Source of the DNA: Flavobacteriales bacterium
GTDB taxonomy: Bacteria > Bacteroidota > Bacteroidia > Flavobacteriales_F > PHOS-HE28
Assembly (NCBI GenBank): GCA_016710965.1
Contig: JADJTW010000014.1
Span: forward strand, 44,210-108,209
Length of the DNA: 64,000 bases
Direction: 5' to 3'
Part shown: positions 8,481 through 17,485 of the stretch, one piece after another
How positions within the stretch are numbered: position 1 is the stretch's first letter
Layout of the letters: each line of letters begins with the position of its first letter
The notes under the pieces: generated by a model
Seen by the model: the letters and a program-made list of their open reading frames with translations, nothing else
The model's database searches: none
Told to the model about the DNA's origin: nothing
Program-made: the position numbers and the translations under genes

Positions 8481-9983
8481 CTAGCGCACGATGGTCACGT
8501 GCCCTCTGAAGGCGATCTCGCGCTTGTCCTCGCAGGGATCGCGCCGCCGCACGGTGTAGATGTACACGCCTTCGGGGGCCTGCTTCCCGCCGATGGTGCC
8601 ATCCCACTGGTCATTGGGGTTGCGTGTGTTCCAGAGCAGTTCGCCCCAGCGGTTGAAGAGCATGAGCTCGAAACCGTACGCCGGATGGTCCACGCGATCG
8701 GGCCAGCGGTCGTTGATGTTGTCGTCGTTCGGCGTGAAAGCGTTGGGGTACGCCAGGATGGGTTCGGTGCGGATGTCCACAAGGATCGACAGCGTATCGT
8801 TGCAACCATTGGGCTGCGTGGCGTACAGGGTGAAGGTGAGCGAATCGTAGCGCTGGTTGTTCCACTGCACGTAGCCGTTGCATGCGTGGGTCCACAAGCT
8901 GTCGCCCACGAAGAAGGCGCAGGAGTCGGAAGGGCTGCCGAGCGAGATATCGACCAATGGGGTGCAAGGCACTTGCACGGCGGTGAAGACGGCGGGCACC
9001 TGCCAGTTGGCGTAGATGCTGTCGAGCACGGGCGCGCTGCCGCAGCCCAGGCTGTCGTAGCCCTGCAACTGAACGGGCTGCCAGCCGAAGCCGGTGAAGA
9101 GGATGAGCGGATCGTTCTGGTTGCTGAAACCGTAGAGGCCGGTGCCCCAGCGCCACACCAGCGAATCGGCGGTGCTGGCGATGGTCTGCACCAGTGTGGA
9201 TACGTTCTGGCAGGTGGTATCGGGCGCAGCGAAGGACACGGTGGGGCTCGGCAGCTCATTCACTGTGAACGATGCTGTTACCACGCAACCCGTGATCGTA
9301 TTGGTGGCCGTCAGGTCGATCTGGCCGCTGAGGGGCGGCACCACGGTGATCATCTGCGTGCTATCGCCGGTGCTCCACACATAGAGGTCGGGCTGGAAAT
9401 CCCACTCCAATTCCGCAGTGAGCACCGGAGGGTCGCTGGGGCAGTAATCCGTGATGCCCGTGATGGTGATGGCCGGGTCGCCGATCTCATACGCCACATC
9501 GCTCGGGCACCCTGGGCCTCCCGTGATGAAGACCGTATACCATCCCGGCGAAAGGTCCGTGAGAGCGGCGCTGGTCTCGTTGGGGTCGTGTGCCCACGTG
9601 AACGTATAGGGACCATTGTTGAGCGTGAGGGTGATGGTGCCATCGTTGGCGCCGGCGCAACTGGTATTGGTGCCCACCATGCTGCCCAGCGGGGGTATCA
9701 CGGGGTTCACCACCACGGTATCCAGCAAGCTCTCGCACGAATCGCCGAGCACGAAGACCTGGTAGGGACCGGGCGAGAGACCGGCGGCAATGGCGTCCAC
9801 TTCGTTCACGTCGTGCGCCCAGCTGTAGGTATAGGGACCTCCGCTGCCGGTGATCACCGTGATCACCGCATTGGCATCACCCGGACAACTGGGCGGTACC
9901 ACCTGCAAGGACACATCGCACGGAGTGACCTGCGCAGCCAGGCCCAAGGGGAGCAGCAGGGCGAAGACGACGGAGGTGCGCAT
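8481..9983 (-). CDS. SprB-repeat surface protein with gliding-motility-associated (T9SS type B) C-terminal domain
   Basis: Likely start MRTSVVFALLLPLGLAAQ (ATG at complement 9981-9983). Repeats resemble CPGDANAVITVITGSGGPYTYSW / CAGANDGTITLTLNNGPYTFTW. C-terminus YPNAFTPNDDNINDRW...LMLFNRWGELLW...WDGT...APEGVYIYTV matches the CHU_C/TIGR04131-type domain. Confidence 0.85.
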   Translation of the reverse strand: MRTSVVFALLLPLGLAAQVTPCDVSLQVVPPSCPGDANAVITVITGSGGPYTYSWAHDVNEVDAIAAGLSPGPYQVFVLGDSCESLLDTVVVNPVIPPLGSMVGTNTSCAGANDGTITLTLNNGPYTFTWAHDPNETSAALTDLSPGWYTVFITGGPGCPSDVAYEIGDPAITITGITDYCPSDPPVLTAELEWDFQPDLYVWSTGDSTQMITVVPPLSGQIDLTATNTITGCVVTASFTVNELPSPTVSFAAPDTTCQNVSTLVQTIASTADSLVWRWGTGLYGFSNQNDPLILFTGFGWQPVQLQGYDSLGCGSAPVLDSIYANWQVPAVFTAVQVPCTPLVDISLGSPSDSCAFFVGDSLWTHACNGYVQWNNQRYDSLTFTLYATQPNGCNDTLSILVDIRTEPILAYPNAFTPNDDNINDRWPDRVDHPAYGFELMLFNRWGELLWNTRNPNDQWDGTIGGKQAPEGVYIYTVRRRDPCEDKREIAFRGHVTIVR

Positions 9984-10097
9984 CGGGTGCGAAGGTCGGG
10001 AAGGCCGTGTTAACCGCATGGTTCCGACCGTTGGCGAACGAGGAACGGACGTTGGATCAAGATGGTTCGTTGCCCTCTTGGAACACGGAAGGGTGCA

Positions 10098-11528
10098 TCA
10101 CAGTTCGAATCGCTCTCCCCTTCTGGGGATCGCCACGTCCGCGAAGCCCTTCTCCATCACCAGCTTCTTCAGCGCCAGGAGCGAATGCTCCACGCCATGC
10201 ACCAGGAAGAGGTGCTTCACCTGCCGGGGGTCCTGGCAGGCGAGGTAGCGCACCAGCTCGCCGCGATCGGCGTGGGCGCTGTAGAACTCCATCTTGTCCA
10301 CGCTGGCCAGCACAGGCACCCGCTCCCAGAAGATGCGCACCTCCTTGGCGCCGGAGAGGAGCTGGTCGCCCAACGTGCCGGGCGCGCAGAAGCCCACCGC
10401 CAGCACCCCGTTGGCCGGATCGGGCAGGCAGTGCAGCAAATGGTGGCGCACGCGGCCCGCTTCCATCATGCCGCTGGCGGCAATGACGATGCAAGCCTTC
10501 TTCATGCTGTTGAGCTGCTTGCTGCGTTCGGGACTGCGCACGAACTCCACTCCGGGGAAGGTGAAGAGGTCGGGGTCCTTCAGCAGTTCCTCGCGCACCT
10601 CGGGCTTGAAGAGCTTGCTGTAGCGCCGGACGATATCGGTGGCGCTGATCGCGAGCGGGCTGTCAACGAAGACGGGCACGCGCGGCAGACGGCCCGCATT
10701 GCTCAATGCGTTCAGCGTGTACAGGATCTCCTGCGTCTTGCCGATGCTGAAGGCCGGAATGATGAGCCGACCGCCGCGCTCCACGCACACCTCGGTCACG
10801 TGCCGCAGCAGTTCCCCCTCCGCCTCATCCATGCTTGCATGGTCCCGATCGCCGTAGGTGCTCTCGCAGATGATCACATCGGCCTGCGGGAAGGGCGCCG
10901 GGGTGGGCAGCAGTCTATCCACATAGCGGCCCACATCGCCGGTGAAGGTCAAGCGCAACGTGCGTTCGCCATCATCGATCGCCAGGTGAACGGCTGCGCT
11001 GCCCAGGATATGGCCCGCATCGGTGTAGGTGAGCGTGATGCCCGGTGCGATGCTCACCGCCTCACCGAGATCGGCCGTGCTGAACAAGGCCATGGCCGGT
11101 GCCACATCATCCGGGGTGTACAGCGGTTCCTGTTCCTCGGGCTCGCGGCCCTGCTTCTTCGCGCGCTTCAGGTCGAAGGCGAAGTCGTATTCCTGTATGC
11201 GCGCGCTGTCCTCCAGCATAATGGCGCACAGGTCGCGCGTGGCGGGCGTGCTCCAGATGGGGCCCTTGAAGCCTTGGGCCACCAGGCGCGGCACCAGGCC
11301 GCTGTGGTCGATGTGCGCGTGGCTCAGCACCAACGCATCGATGCTGCGCGGGTCGAAGCCGAAGCGGCGGTTGGGATCTTCCTCTCGCCTGCGCACGGCC
11401 TCGCCTTGGAACATGCCGCAGTCGAGCAGCAGGCGCGTGGTACTGCCATCGTGGCGGCGGACCTCCAACAAGTGCTTGCTGCCGGTTACGGTTCCGGCAG
11501 CGCCGTGGCTGGTAAGTGAGATGGGCAT
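10098..11528 (-). CDS. MBL-fold metallo-hydrolase of the beta-CASP (RNA-metabolising) type
   Basis: Start MPISLTSHGAAGTVTGSKHLLE (ATG at complement 11526-11528; the 561-aa track ORF is an upstream extension). HxHxDH motif in LVLSHAHIDHSGLVP. About 476 aa. Confidence 0.85.
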   Translation of the reverse strand: MPISLTSHGAAGTVTGSKHLLEVRRHDGSTTRLLLDCGMFQGEAVRRREEDPNRRFGFDPRSIDALVLSHAHIDHSGLVPRLVAQGFKGPIWSTPATRDLCAIMLEDSARIQEYDFAFDLKRAKKQGREPEEQEPLYTPDDVAPAMALFSTADLGEAVSIAPGITLTYTDAGHILGSAAVHLAIDDGERTLRLTFTGDVGRYVDRLLPTPAPFPQADVIICESTYGDRDHASMDEAEGELLRHVTEVCVERGGRLIIPAFSIGKTQEILYTLNALSNAGRLPRVPVFVDSPLAISATDIVRRYSKLFKPEVREELLKDPDLFTFPGVEFVRSPERSKQLNSMKKACIVIAASGMMEAGRVRHHLLHCLPDPANGVLAVGFCAPGTLGDQLLSGAKEVRIFWERVPVLASVDKMEFYSAHADRGELVRYLACQDPRQVKHLFLVHGVEHSLLALKKLVMEKGFADVAIPRRGERFEL

Positions 11529-11622
11529 GCGGTAAAGGTGCGAAAGGGCCATGACCTCCGACCTGCATCCAGCCAGCCTCTGCAACGCATGGCGTGTAGC
11601 GCCGCCTTCTATCTTGGCTGCG

Positions 11623-14538
11623 ATGCCTTCGCTCCGGCTTCTCGCCGTCCTCTTCTTCCTTACCGCTCTTGGCGCCCGCGCGCAGCAGTACAAGTTGCGC
11701 GGTGTGGTCACCGATGCCGGCACGGGCGAAACGCTCATCGGCGCCAACGTGGTGCTGAAGGGCACCACCAACGGCGCCACCACCGACCTTGATGGCCGTT
11801 TCGAAATGGTGCTGAACGAGTTGCCGCCCTACACGCTGGTGGTGAGCTTCGTGGGCTACGCGCCGCAGGAGATCAGGGTGGCGAGCCTGGACAAGGAACT
11901 GAAGTTCAAGCTGAGCACCGATCAGGTGCTGCTGGGCGAGACCGAGGTCTTCGGCAGCCGCATCAGCGAGAAGCAGAAGCAGGCGCCGCTCACCGTGGAG
12001 AGCATGGACGTGATCGCAATCCGCGAAGCGCCCAGTGGCGATTTCTATGAGAGCCTCGGCACGCTCAAAGGCGTTGACATGATGGCGGCGAGCATGGGAT
12101 TCAAGGTGATCAACACGCGCGGCTTCAACAGCACCAGCCCCGTGCGCTCGCTGCAATTGATCGACGGCGTGGACAACCAGAGCCCCGGGCTCAATTTCTC
12201 GCTGGGCAATTTCCTCGGCTGCTCCGACCTGGATGTAATGAAGGTGGATGTGATCGCCGGTGCGAGCACGGCTTACTTCGGTCCGGGCGCATTCAACGGC
12301 GTTGTGGCCATGACCACCAAGAGCCCCTGGCTGTTCCCGGGGCTGAGCATCAGCGCCAAGGCGGGCGAGCGCGACCTGCTGGAAGGCGCGGTCCGCTGGG
12401 CGCAGGTGTTCAAGGACAGCACCGGCCGCCAGCGCTTCGCTTACAAACTGAACCTGTGCGCCATGCGCGCCACGGATTGGTTCGCCGAGGACTACGGCCC
12501 TACGAGCGACTCGCAAACCGGCGCCTCGAATCCCGGCGGTTTCGATGCCGTGAACATCTACGGCGACGAGAACGTGACGCTGAACAACAACTACGCGCGC
12601 AACATGGACGACCGCCGCAACTACCACGGGTTGGGCATCTTCCTGCGCCCAGGGTACAAGGAGGCCGACCTCGTTGACTACGGCACCGACAATTTGAAGG
12701 CGGGCGTGTCGCTACACTTCATGAACGACAGCATCGAGGTGATCGTGGCGGCTAACTACAGCCGGGGAAGCACCGTGTACCAGGGCGAGAACCGCTACCG
12801 CTTGAAGAACATCCAATTCCACCAGGAACGGATCGAACTGCGGCGCGAAGGGAAGTGGTTCGTGCGGGGCTACACCACCGGCGAGGACGCGGGCGACACC
12901 TACGACATCTTCACCACAGGCGTGCGCCTGCAGGAAGCCAGCGGCAGCACGCAGGATTGGAACAGCGCCTACTTCACGTTGTGGGACAGCTGGATCGGCA
13001 GCGCGCTCAACCCTGGCCTGCTCGATCAGACGCAGCCCGATTACTACTCGCCATCGGAAGCCTCTCAGATCGGCATCACCAACGCCACCCAGTACGACGC
13101 CTACATCACGCAGTACGTGCTCGACCACGCCGACCTCTTCCGCAGCTACCACCAGCTGGTGGCCGACAGCATCAATACGTACAACACCGCCGCGCTCGAT
13201 CCGGCCTATGTCGCAGGTACCGATCGCTTCAATGAGAAATTCGAGGAGATCACCAGCACGCGCTTCACCGATGGCGGCTCGCTCTTCTTCGATCGCTCAC
13301 GGCTGGTGCATGGCATGGGCGAGTACCGCTTCAAGCCCCTGAAGGGAAGGCGGCCCAAAGGCGAAGTGGTGGTAGGCGCCAGCACACGCCAGTACATGCC
13401 CAACAGCGTCGGCACCATCTTCCGCGATACCGGCGATGTGGTGATCCGCAACCGCGAGTTCGGCGTGTACATCGGCCTGGAGGATGTGCTTTGCAAGGAT
13501 CGCCTGAAGGCCACGGCCACCTTGCGCATGGACAAGAACCAGAACTTCGATGCGCTCTTCTCCCCTGCCGCGTCGTTGGTCTTCACGCCCCAGCAGGACC
13601 GCACCTTCCGGGTCTCGTTCAGCAGCGCCCTCCGGAATCCCACGCTCGCGGACCAATACCTCTACTACAACGTGGGGCGCGCCATCCTGCTGGGCAACAT
13701 CGATGGGCAGTTCGAAGCGGGGCGCGACAGCCTCTTCACCGTGGAGAGCTTCAATGCCTACCGGCAGACCTCGGGCGCCAACCTGCTCGGCGGCTTGCAG
13801 AAGATCGACTGGTTCAACGTGGAGCGCATACGGCCCGAGAAGGTGCGCACGATAGAGGTGGGCTACCGCGGCACGCACCTGGAGAAATTCTACATCGATG
13901 CCAGCGCCTACGCTAGCTGGTACACTGATTTCATCGGCTACATCATCGGCCTCAGCGGCCGCTTCGATCAGACCAATGGCTTCCCCATCGGCGGACTGCA
14001 GGCCTACCGCCTCGCGGCCAACGCCACCAGCACGGTGCAAACCCAAGGCGCGAACATCGGTGTGAGCTACTTCCGCAAGAAGATGACCTACAGCATCAAC
14101 TACAGCTACAATAAGCTCGCAAGCGGCGACGACGACCCCATCATCCCGGCCTTCAATACGCCACTGAACAAATTCAACCTCGGTTTCACCGCGCACGACA
14201 TGAAAGTGCCCGGCACCGACAAGCGCAACCTCGGCTTCGGCATCAACTGGAAATTAGTGGAGGGATTCACCTTCACCGGATCGCCGCAGTTCACCGGCCC
14301 CATCCCCAGCTACGACATGGTGGACGCGCAAGTGAACGTGAAGTTCCCCGTGCAGCACCTCACCATCAAGCTCGGCGCCAGCAACCTCTTCGGCATACTG
14401 CCGCTGTTCGATGACGCCGTGGAGAGCGGCGACAAATTCGATCGCGTATTGGACAACCGCGTGCGCATGGTGTACGGCGGGCCGTACGTGGGCAGGCTCG
14501 GGTACTTGCAGCTCATCTATGAGCTGGATAAGCGCTAA
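11623..14538 (+). CDS. TonB-dependent receptor with N-terminal carboxypeptidase-regulatory-like domain
   Basis: Likely start MPSLRLLAVLFFLTALGARAQ at 11623. KLRGVVTDAGTGETLIGANVVLKGTTNGATTDLDGRFEM is a CarboxypepD_reg signature. It is followed by a plug region and a ~700-aa beta-barrel-like body. Confidence 0.85.
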   Translation: MPSLRLLAVLFFLTALGARAQQYKLRGVVTDAGTGETLIGANVVLKGTTNGATTDLDGRFEMVLNELPPYTLVVSFVGYAPQEIRVASLDKELKFKLSTDQVLLGETEVFGSRISEKQKQAPLTVESMDVIAIREAPSGDFYESLGTLKGVDMMAASMGFKVINTRGFNSTSPVRSLQLIDGVDNQSPGLNFSLGNFLGCSDLDVMKVDVIAGASTAYFGPGAFNGVVAMTTKSPWLFPGLSISAKAGERDLLEGAVRWAQVFKDSTGRQRFAYKLNLCAMRATDWFAEDYGPTSDSQTGASNPGGFDAVNIYGDENVTLNNNYARNMDDRRNYHGLGIFLRPGYKEADLVDYGTDNLKAGVSLHFMNDSIEVIVAANYSRGSTVYQGENRYRLKNIQFHQERIELRREGKWFVRGYTTGEDAGDTYDIFTTGVRLQEASGSTQDWNSAYFTLWDSWIGSALNPGLLDQTQPDYYSPSEASQIGITNATQYDAYITQYVLDHADLFRSYHQLVADSINTYNTAALDPAYVAGTDRFNEKFEEITSTRFTDGGSLFFDRSRLVHGMGEYRFKPLKGRRPKGEVVVGASTRQYMPNSVGTIFRDTGDVVIRNREFGVYIGLEDVLCKDRLKATATLRMDKNQNFDALFSPAASLVFTPQQDRTFRVSFSSALRNPTLADQYLYYNVGRAILLGNIDGQFEAGRDSLFTVESFNAYRQTSGANLLGGLQKIDWFNVERIRPEKVRTIEVGYRGTHLEKFYIDASAYASWYTDFIGYIIGLSGRFDQTNGFPIGGLQAYRLAANATSTVQTQGANIGVSYFRKKMTYSINYSYNKLASGDDDPIIPAFNTPLNKFNLGFTAHDMKVPGTDKRNLGFGINWKLVEGFTFTGSPQFTGPIPSYDMVDAQVNVKFPVQHLTIKLGASNLFGILPLFDDAVESGDKFDRVLDNRVRMVYGGPYVGRLGYLQLIYELDKR

Positions 14539-15494
14539 TCGGCTTTCACCAGTCTGAATACGCGCAGGTCGTCACCTGCGCTCATCCGTAGGATGTAGGC
14601 TGCTGCATTCAGCCGAGCGAAGTCGGCCTGCTCGATGCGCGCACCGCTCCAGATGATCCGTCCGCCCGCGTCCAACAATTCGTAGCGTTCACTTCCGGTG
14701 GTGTTGCGCGGCACGATGCGATCAGTGAAGGATGTGCTGAAGATCAAGTCGGTTCCTTCATCGGGAGCAATATCCGTGGATGCATTCCAAGTGATGATGC
14801 AGATGCCACCGCCGCCTGTGGCGGCAGGTGAACTATTGCCGTTTCCACCGCCACCGCCACCGCCGTAGTTGGCGCCGACCTCGGCGGGATCGGCCGCAGT
14901 ACACGTGTTGTCGATGAAGCCTGCGCCCTTGCCGCCATCGCCCGCAGGAGCACCGCCACCTGAACCACCCGTGCCGCCGGGCGTAAGACAACCGCCGGGC
15001 ATGTATGCGATCGTATTGCCACCGATGGTGCCATTCGCATTCGGTCCTGCTGCGCCGCCACCTCCTCCGCCGAAGTAGGTCCAGTAGCCACCGCCGCCTG
15101 CCGCACCGGTGCGCGCCAGTTGTCCACCGAGCCCAACGCCGCCTGCACCGCCGCCACCTATGTTCGGATTGGGTACCGTAGTGGCGTTCTCTCCCGCTCC
15201 AGCGAGAATGCCCATGCCGCCTACGATGGTGGCGAGCTCACTACCGCCCGCACCTACCACAATGGAATACGTAGTGCCCGGCGTGACGTTGAAAGTGCCG
15301 CGCGCATATCCTCCTCCACCACCGCCGCCACCTCCGTTGCTGGCACCATTGCCTCCGGCGCCCACCAGTTCGAAGGTGACCGACGTGACCCCGGCAGGCA
15401 CGGTGAACGGGCCGGAAGAGGTGAAGACCTGCTGTTGTGCGAGCAGTGCTGTGCTGAGCACGCAGAGCATCGCAATGGAAAGGAGAAGTCTCAT
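14535..15494 (-). CDS. Glycine-rich secreted protein with T9SS type A C-terminal sorting domain
   Basis: Start MRLLLSIAMLCVLSTALLAQQ (ATG complement 15492-15494). It has long Gly runs (NGGGGGGGGGYARG, GGGGGGAAGPN, YGGGGGGGNGN). The C-terminal ~80 aa (...ERYELLDAGGRIIWSG...AAAYILRMSAGDDLRVFRLVKAD) resembles Por_Secre_tail. Its stop overlaps the convergent receptor gene by 4 nt. Confidence 0.7.
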   Translation of the reverse strand: MRLLLSIAMLCVLSTALLAQQQVFTSSGPFTVPAGVTSVTFELVGAGGNGASNGGGGGGGGGYARGTFNVTPGTTYSIVVGAGGSELATIVGGMGILAGAGENATTVPNPNIGGGGAGGVGLGGQLARTGAAGGGGYWTYFGGGGGGAAGPNANGTIGGNTIAYMPGGCLTPGGTGGSGGGAPAGDGGKGAGFIDNTCTAADPAEVGANYGGGGGGGNGNSSPAATGGGGICIITWNASTDIAPDEGTDLIFSTSFTDRIVPRNTTGSERYELLDAGGRIIWSGARIEQADFARLNAAAYILRMSAGDDLRVFRLVKAD

Positions 15495-15610
15495 GGTATC
15501 CTGGTTAGCCGAACGGCAGGTTGAATCGAAAGGTAGTTGCTCGATCGGTACCCGTCCTATAAAGAAGAAGCCCGATCCATGGACCGGGCTTCCCATGAGT
15601 TCGATCGCGA

Positions 15611-17389
15611 TCAATCCTTCACCACCTTGATGGTGCTGCGCCCCTTGGCACTTTCCACCACCAGCATGTAGGCGCCTTCGGCCAGGTAGCTCAGGTCCGC
15701 GAATGCGCGTTGGTCGCTATGCATGGGACCATCCTGAATGCGCATGGCTTCACGGCCCAGTGCATCGCGCAAGGTGATCCGCACTCGCTCGCTGCCTGCA
15801 TCGGCCACGGTGATCATGAGGATGCTGCTGGTGGGATTGGGGAACACGTCGGCGATGACAGGACCGTTGACGCCGTTCAAGCCCGCGTTCAAGTCAAGCA
15901 CGCGGAACTTCCACCAGCCATCAGGAGCAACAATGGGACGCACCTGTTCCTTGCCGCTGTTGGCCGTGGCGTGTATGTAGTAGTACACGATGCTGTTGGC
16001 TGCCTGTGCGGGAATACCAGCGCTCCAGGTGTTGTTCGCCCCCGGCACCATGGGCACGCTGTTGAATCCTGCGGTGGTATCGGTGGTCCAATACACCTCA
16101 GCGCTTTCGATACCGGAACGGTGGCGTATGTAGGCATCGACCATGTACGGGTTGATGGTCTCGTACGTATCCGGAAGGCGTTGGTGCCGGATCAGCAGCG
16201 GATCGTTCACACCGATGGCCTTGGTGATGCAGTGGATGGCACCGCTCGCGCTGATGATGTTCGCACCGTTGTTGTCGCAATCGATGGGGACGATGCGATA
16301 GCCGGGCAACGCTTCGCGCAGGATGCGCAGGCCAGTGGTGTCGTACTGCTCACGATAGGTGGGCACGATCACGGTCTTGTTCAGGAAGAGGTTGTTGGCG
16401 TAAGTGCGGTAGCTGGCCGTGGGCGGATAGGCACCACCCGTGCTGCTGGGCATGGGCACGCGGATGATGCGATAGGGCGTGCCGAAGACCGAGTTGTAGT
16501 TGGCCACGATGGCCTGGATGTTCTGCTCCAACTGCGGACCATCGCTCTGGCCGGTGGGGAATTCCCCGATCAGCAGGGTCTCCTCATCGAGCAGCTTCAT
16601 ATGCATGTCGATGTGGTGGATGCCATCATAGGGCAAGGTGTTCATGAGGATGTAGCGGCCCTGTTGGATGCCCATCCACTGCTCCATGAGGTCGCGCACT
16701 TGCTGCTCCGTCTTCACGGTCTGGTTGTACTGGCCGTTGGGGCCGTTCTCGTCCAGGACCAGTTCGCTGCTGAAGGCGGTGCCGAAGCCGTCGGCCATGA
16801 AGTTGCCGCCGGTATGCACCAGGTCGTACGGCGCTTGCGTGGTGCTGTAGACAGCAATGCCCTTCGCATTGCCGATGGGATCGCTCATGGCATCGTCCAG
16901 CGGACGCGGGCGATTGTAGATCCAGTCGAGCAGGTACAGCGAGTCCACCTCGTTCTCGTAGATGCACTCGGGTCCGAAGTCGCGCGTCCACACACTGTTG
17001 AAGCCAGCATTGAGGAAGGTGATGTTGCTGAAGTCGGTGAGCGCACCACCATTGGCGGTGTTCTGCAGGTAGCTCGTCACCCCGGACTGATCGTCGGTGA
17101 CGATCATCACTTCGCACTCCTGAACGGCGGCGAGGACGATCTGCTTGAGGATGCTGGGATAGGTGGTCCACGTGATCACCAGCGTCTGCACCTCCTCCCA
17201 TTCAGCCATGGTGCGCGGTACGAAGGTGGGCGGCGTTTCGATGCCGCGGTCGAGGCTGGCGCGGCTGTCGCGATAAGCTGGGATGAGCGGCACTTCATAC
17301 GGCGCCAGCACATGCGGCAGTCCTTGTTGCTGCGCGAAGAGCGGTGCTGTTGCGAGCAGTGCAAGGATGGAAGCGGAAATACGGTTCAT
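15611..17389 (-). CDS. Secreted agmatine-deiminase / Porphyromonas-type peptidylarginine-deiminase family protein with T9SS sorting domain
   Basis: Start MNRISASILALLATAPLFAQQ. Family motifs are VWTRDFGPE, HTGGNFMADGFGT and the catalytic-Cys context SGAIHCITK. The C-terminus VFPNPTSSILMITV...GAYMLVVESAKGRSTIKVVKD is a T9SS type A tail. Confidence 0.85.
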   Translation of the reverse strand: MNRISASILALLATAPLFAQQQGLPHVLAPYEVPLIPAYRDSRASLDRGIETPPTFVPRTMAEWEEVQTLVITWTTYPSILKQIVLAAVQECEVMIVTDDQSGVTSYLQNTANGGALTDFSNITFLNAGFNSVWTRDFGPECIYENEVDSLYLLDWIYNRPRPLDDAMSDPIGNAKGIAVYSTTQAPYDLVHTGGNFMADGFGTAFSSELVLDENGPNGQYNQTVKTEQQVRDLMEQWMGIQQGRYILMNTLPYDGIHHIDMHMKLLDEETLLIGEFPTGQSDGPQLEQNIQAIVANYNSVFGTPYRIIRVPMPSSTGGAYPPTASYRTYANNLFLNKTVIVPTYREQYDTTGLRILREALPGYRIVPIDCDNNGANIISASGAIHCITKAIGVNDPLLIRHQRLPDTYETINPYMVDAYIRHRSGIESAEVYWTTDTTAGFNSVPMVPGANNTWSAGIPAQAANSIVYYYIHATANSGKEQVRPIVAPDGWWKFRVLDLNAGLNGVNGPVIADVFPNPTSSILMITVADAGSERVRITLRDALGREAMRIQDGPMHSDQRAFADLSYLAEGAYMLVVESAKGRSTIKVVKD

Positions 17390-17485
17390 GCGAGGGGGTT
17401 GAAGGCGCAAGGTATGCGGGCCGCTCTCTCCCCTGCATCGCTTACGACCGAAGCGCCGTTCCTTCCGTTGGATGGTCTTGGACGC

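Noticed and set aside
8286-10013. Long plus-strand ORF (575 aa) opposite the SprB-repeat gene. Similar long shadow ORFs occur at 10062..11519(+), 11107..12627(-), 15710..17731(+), 25836..27320(-), 38408..39985(-), 48691..49953(-) and 35658..36464(-).
   Set aside because: All lie antisense to or out of frame with genes that have clear family motifs. Their products are Arg/Ala/Gly/His-rich with no motifs, which is the usual stop-poor mirror-frame effect in GC-rich DNA.
10103-10111. GTTCGAATC T-loop-like motif, seen here and again at 54595-54603, checked as possible tRNA genes.
   Set aside because: No complementary T-stem, acceptor stem or anticodon arm can be drawn around either site. The first lies inside the MBL-hydrolase coding sequence and the second in the spacer downstream of 54638.
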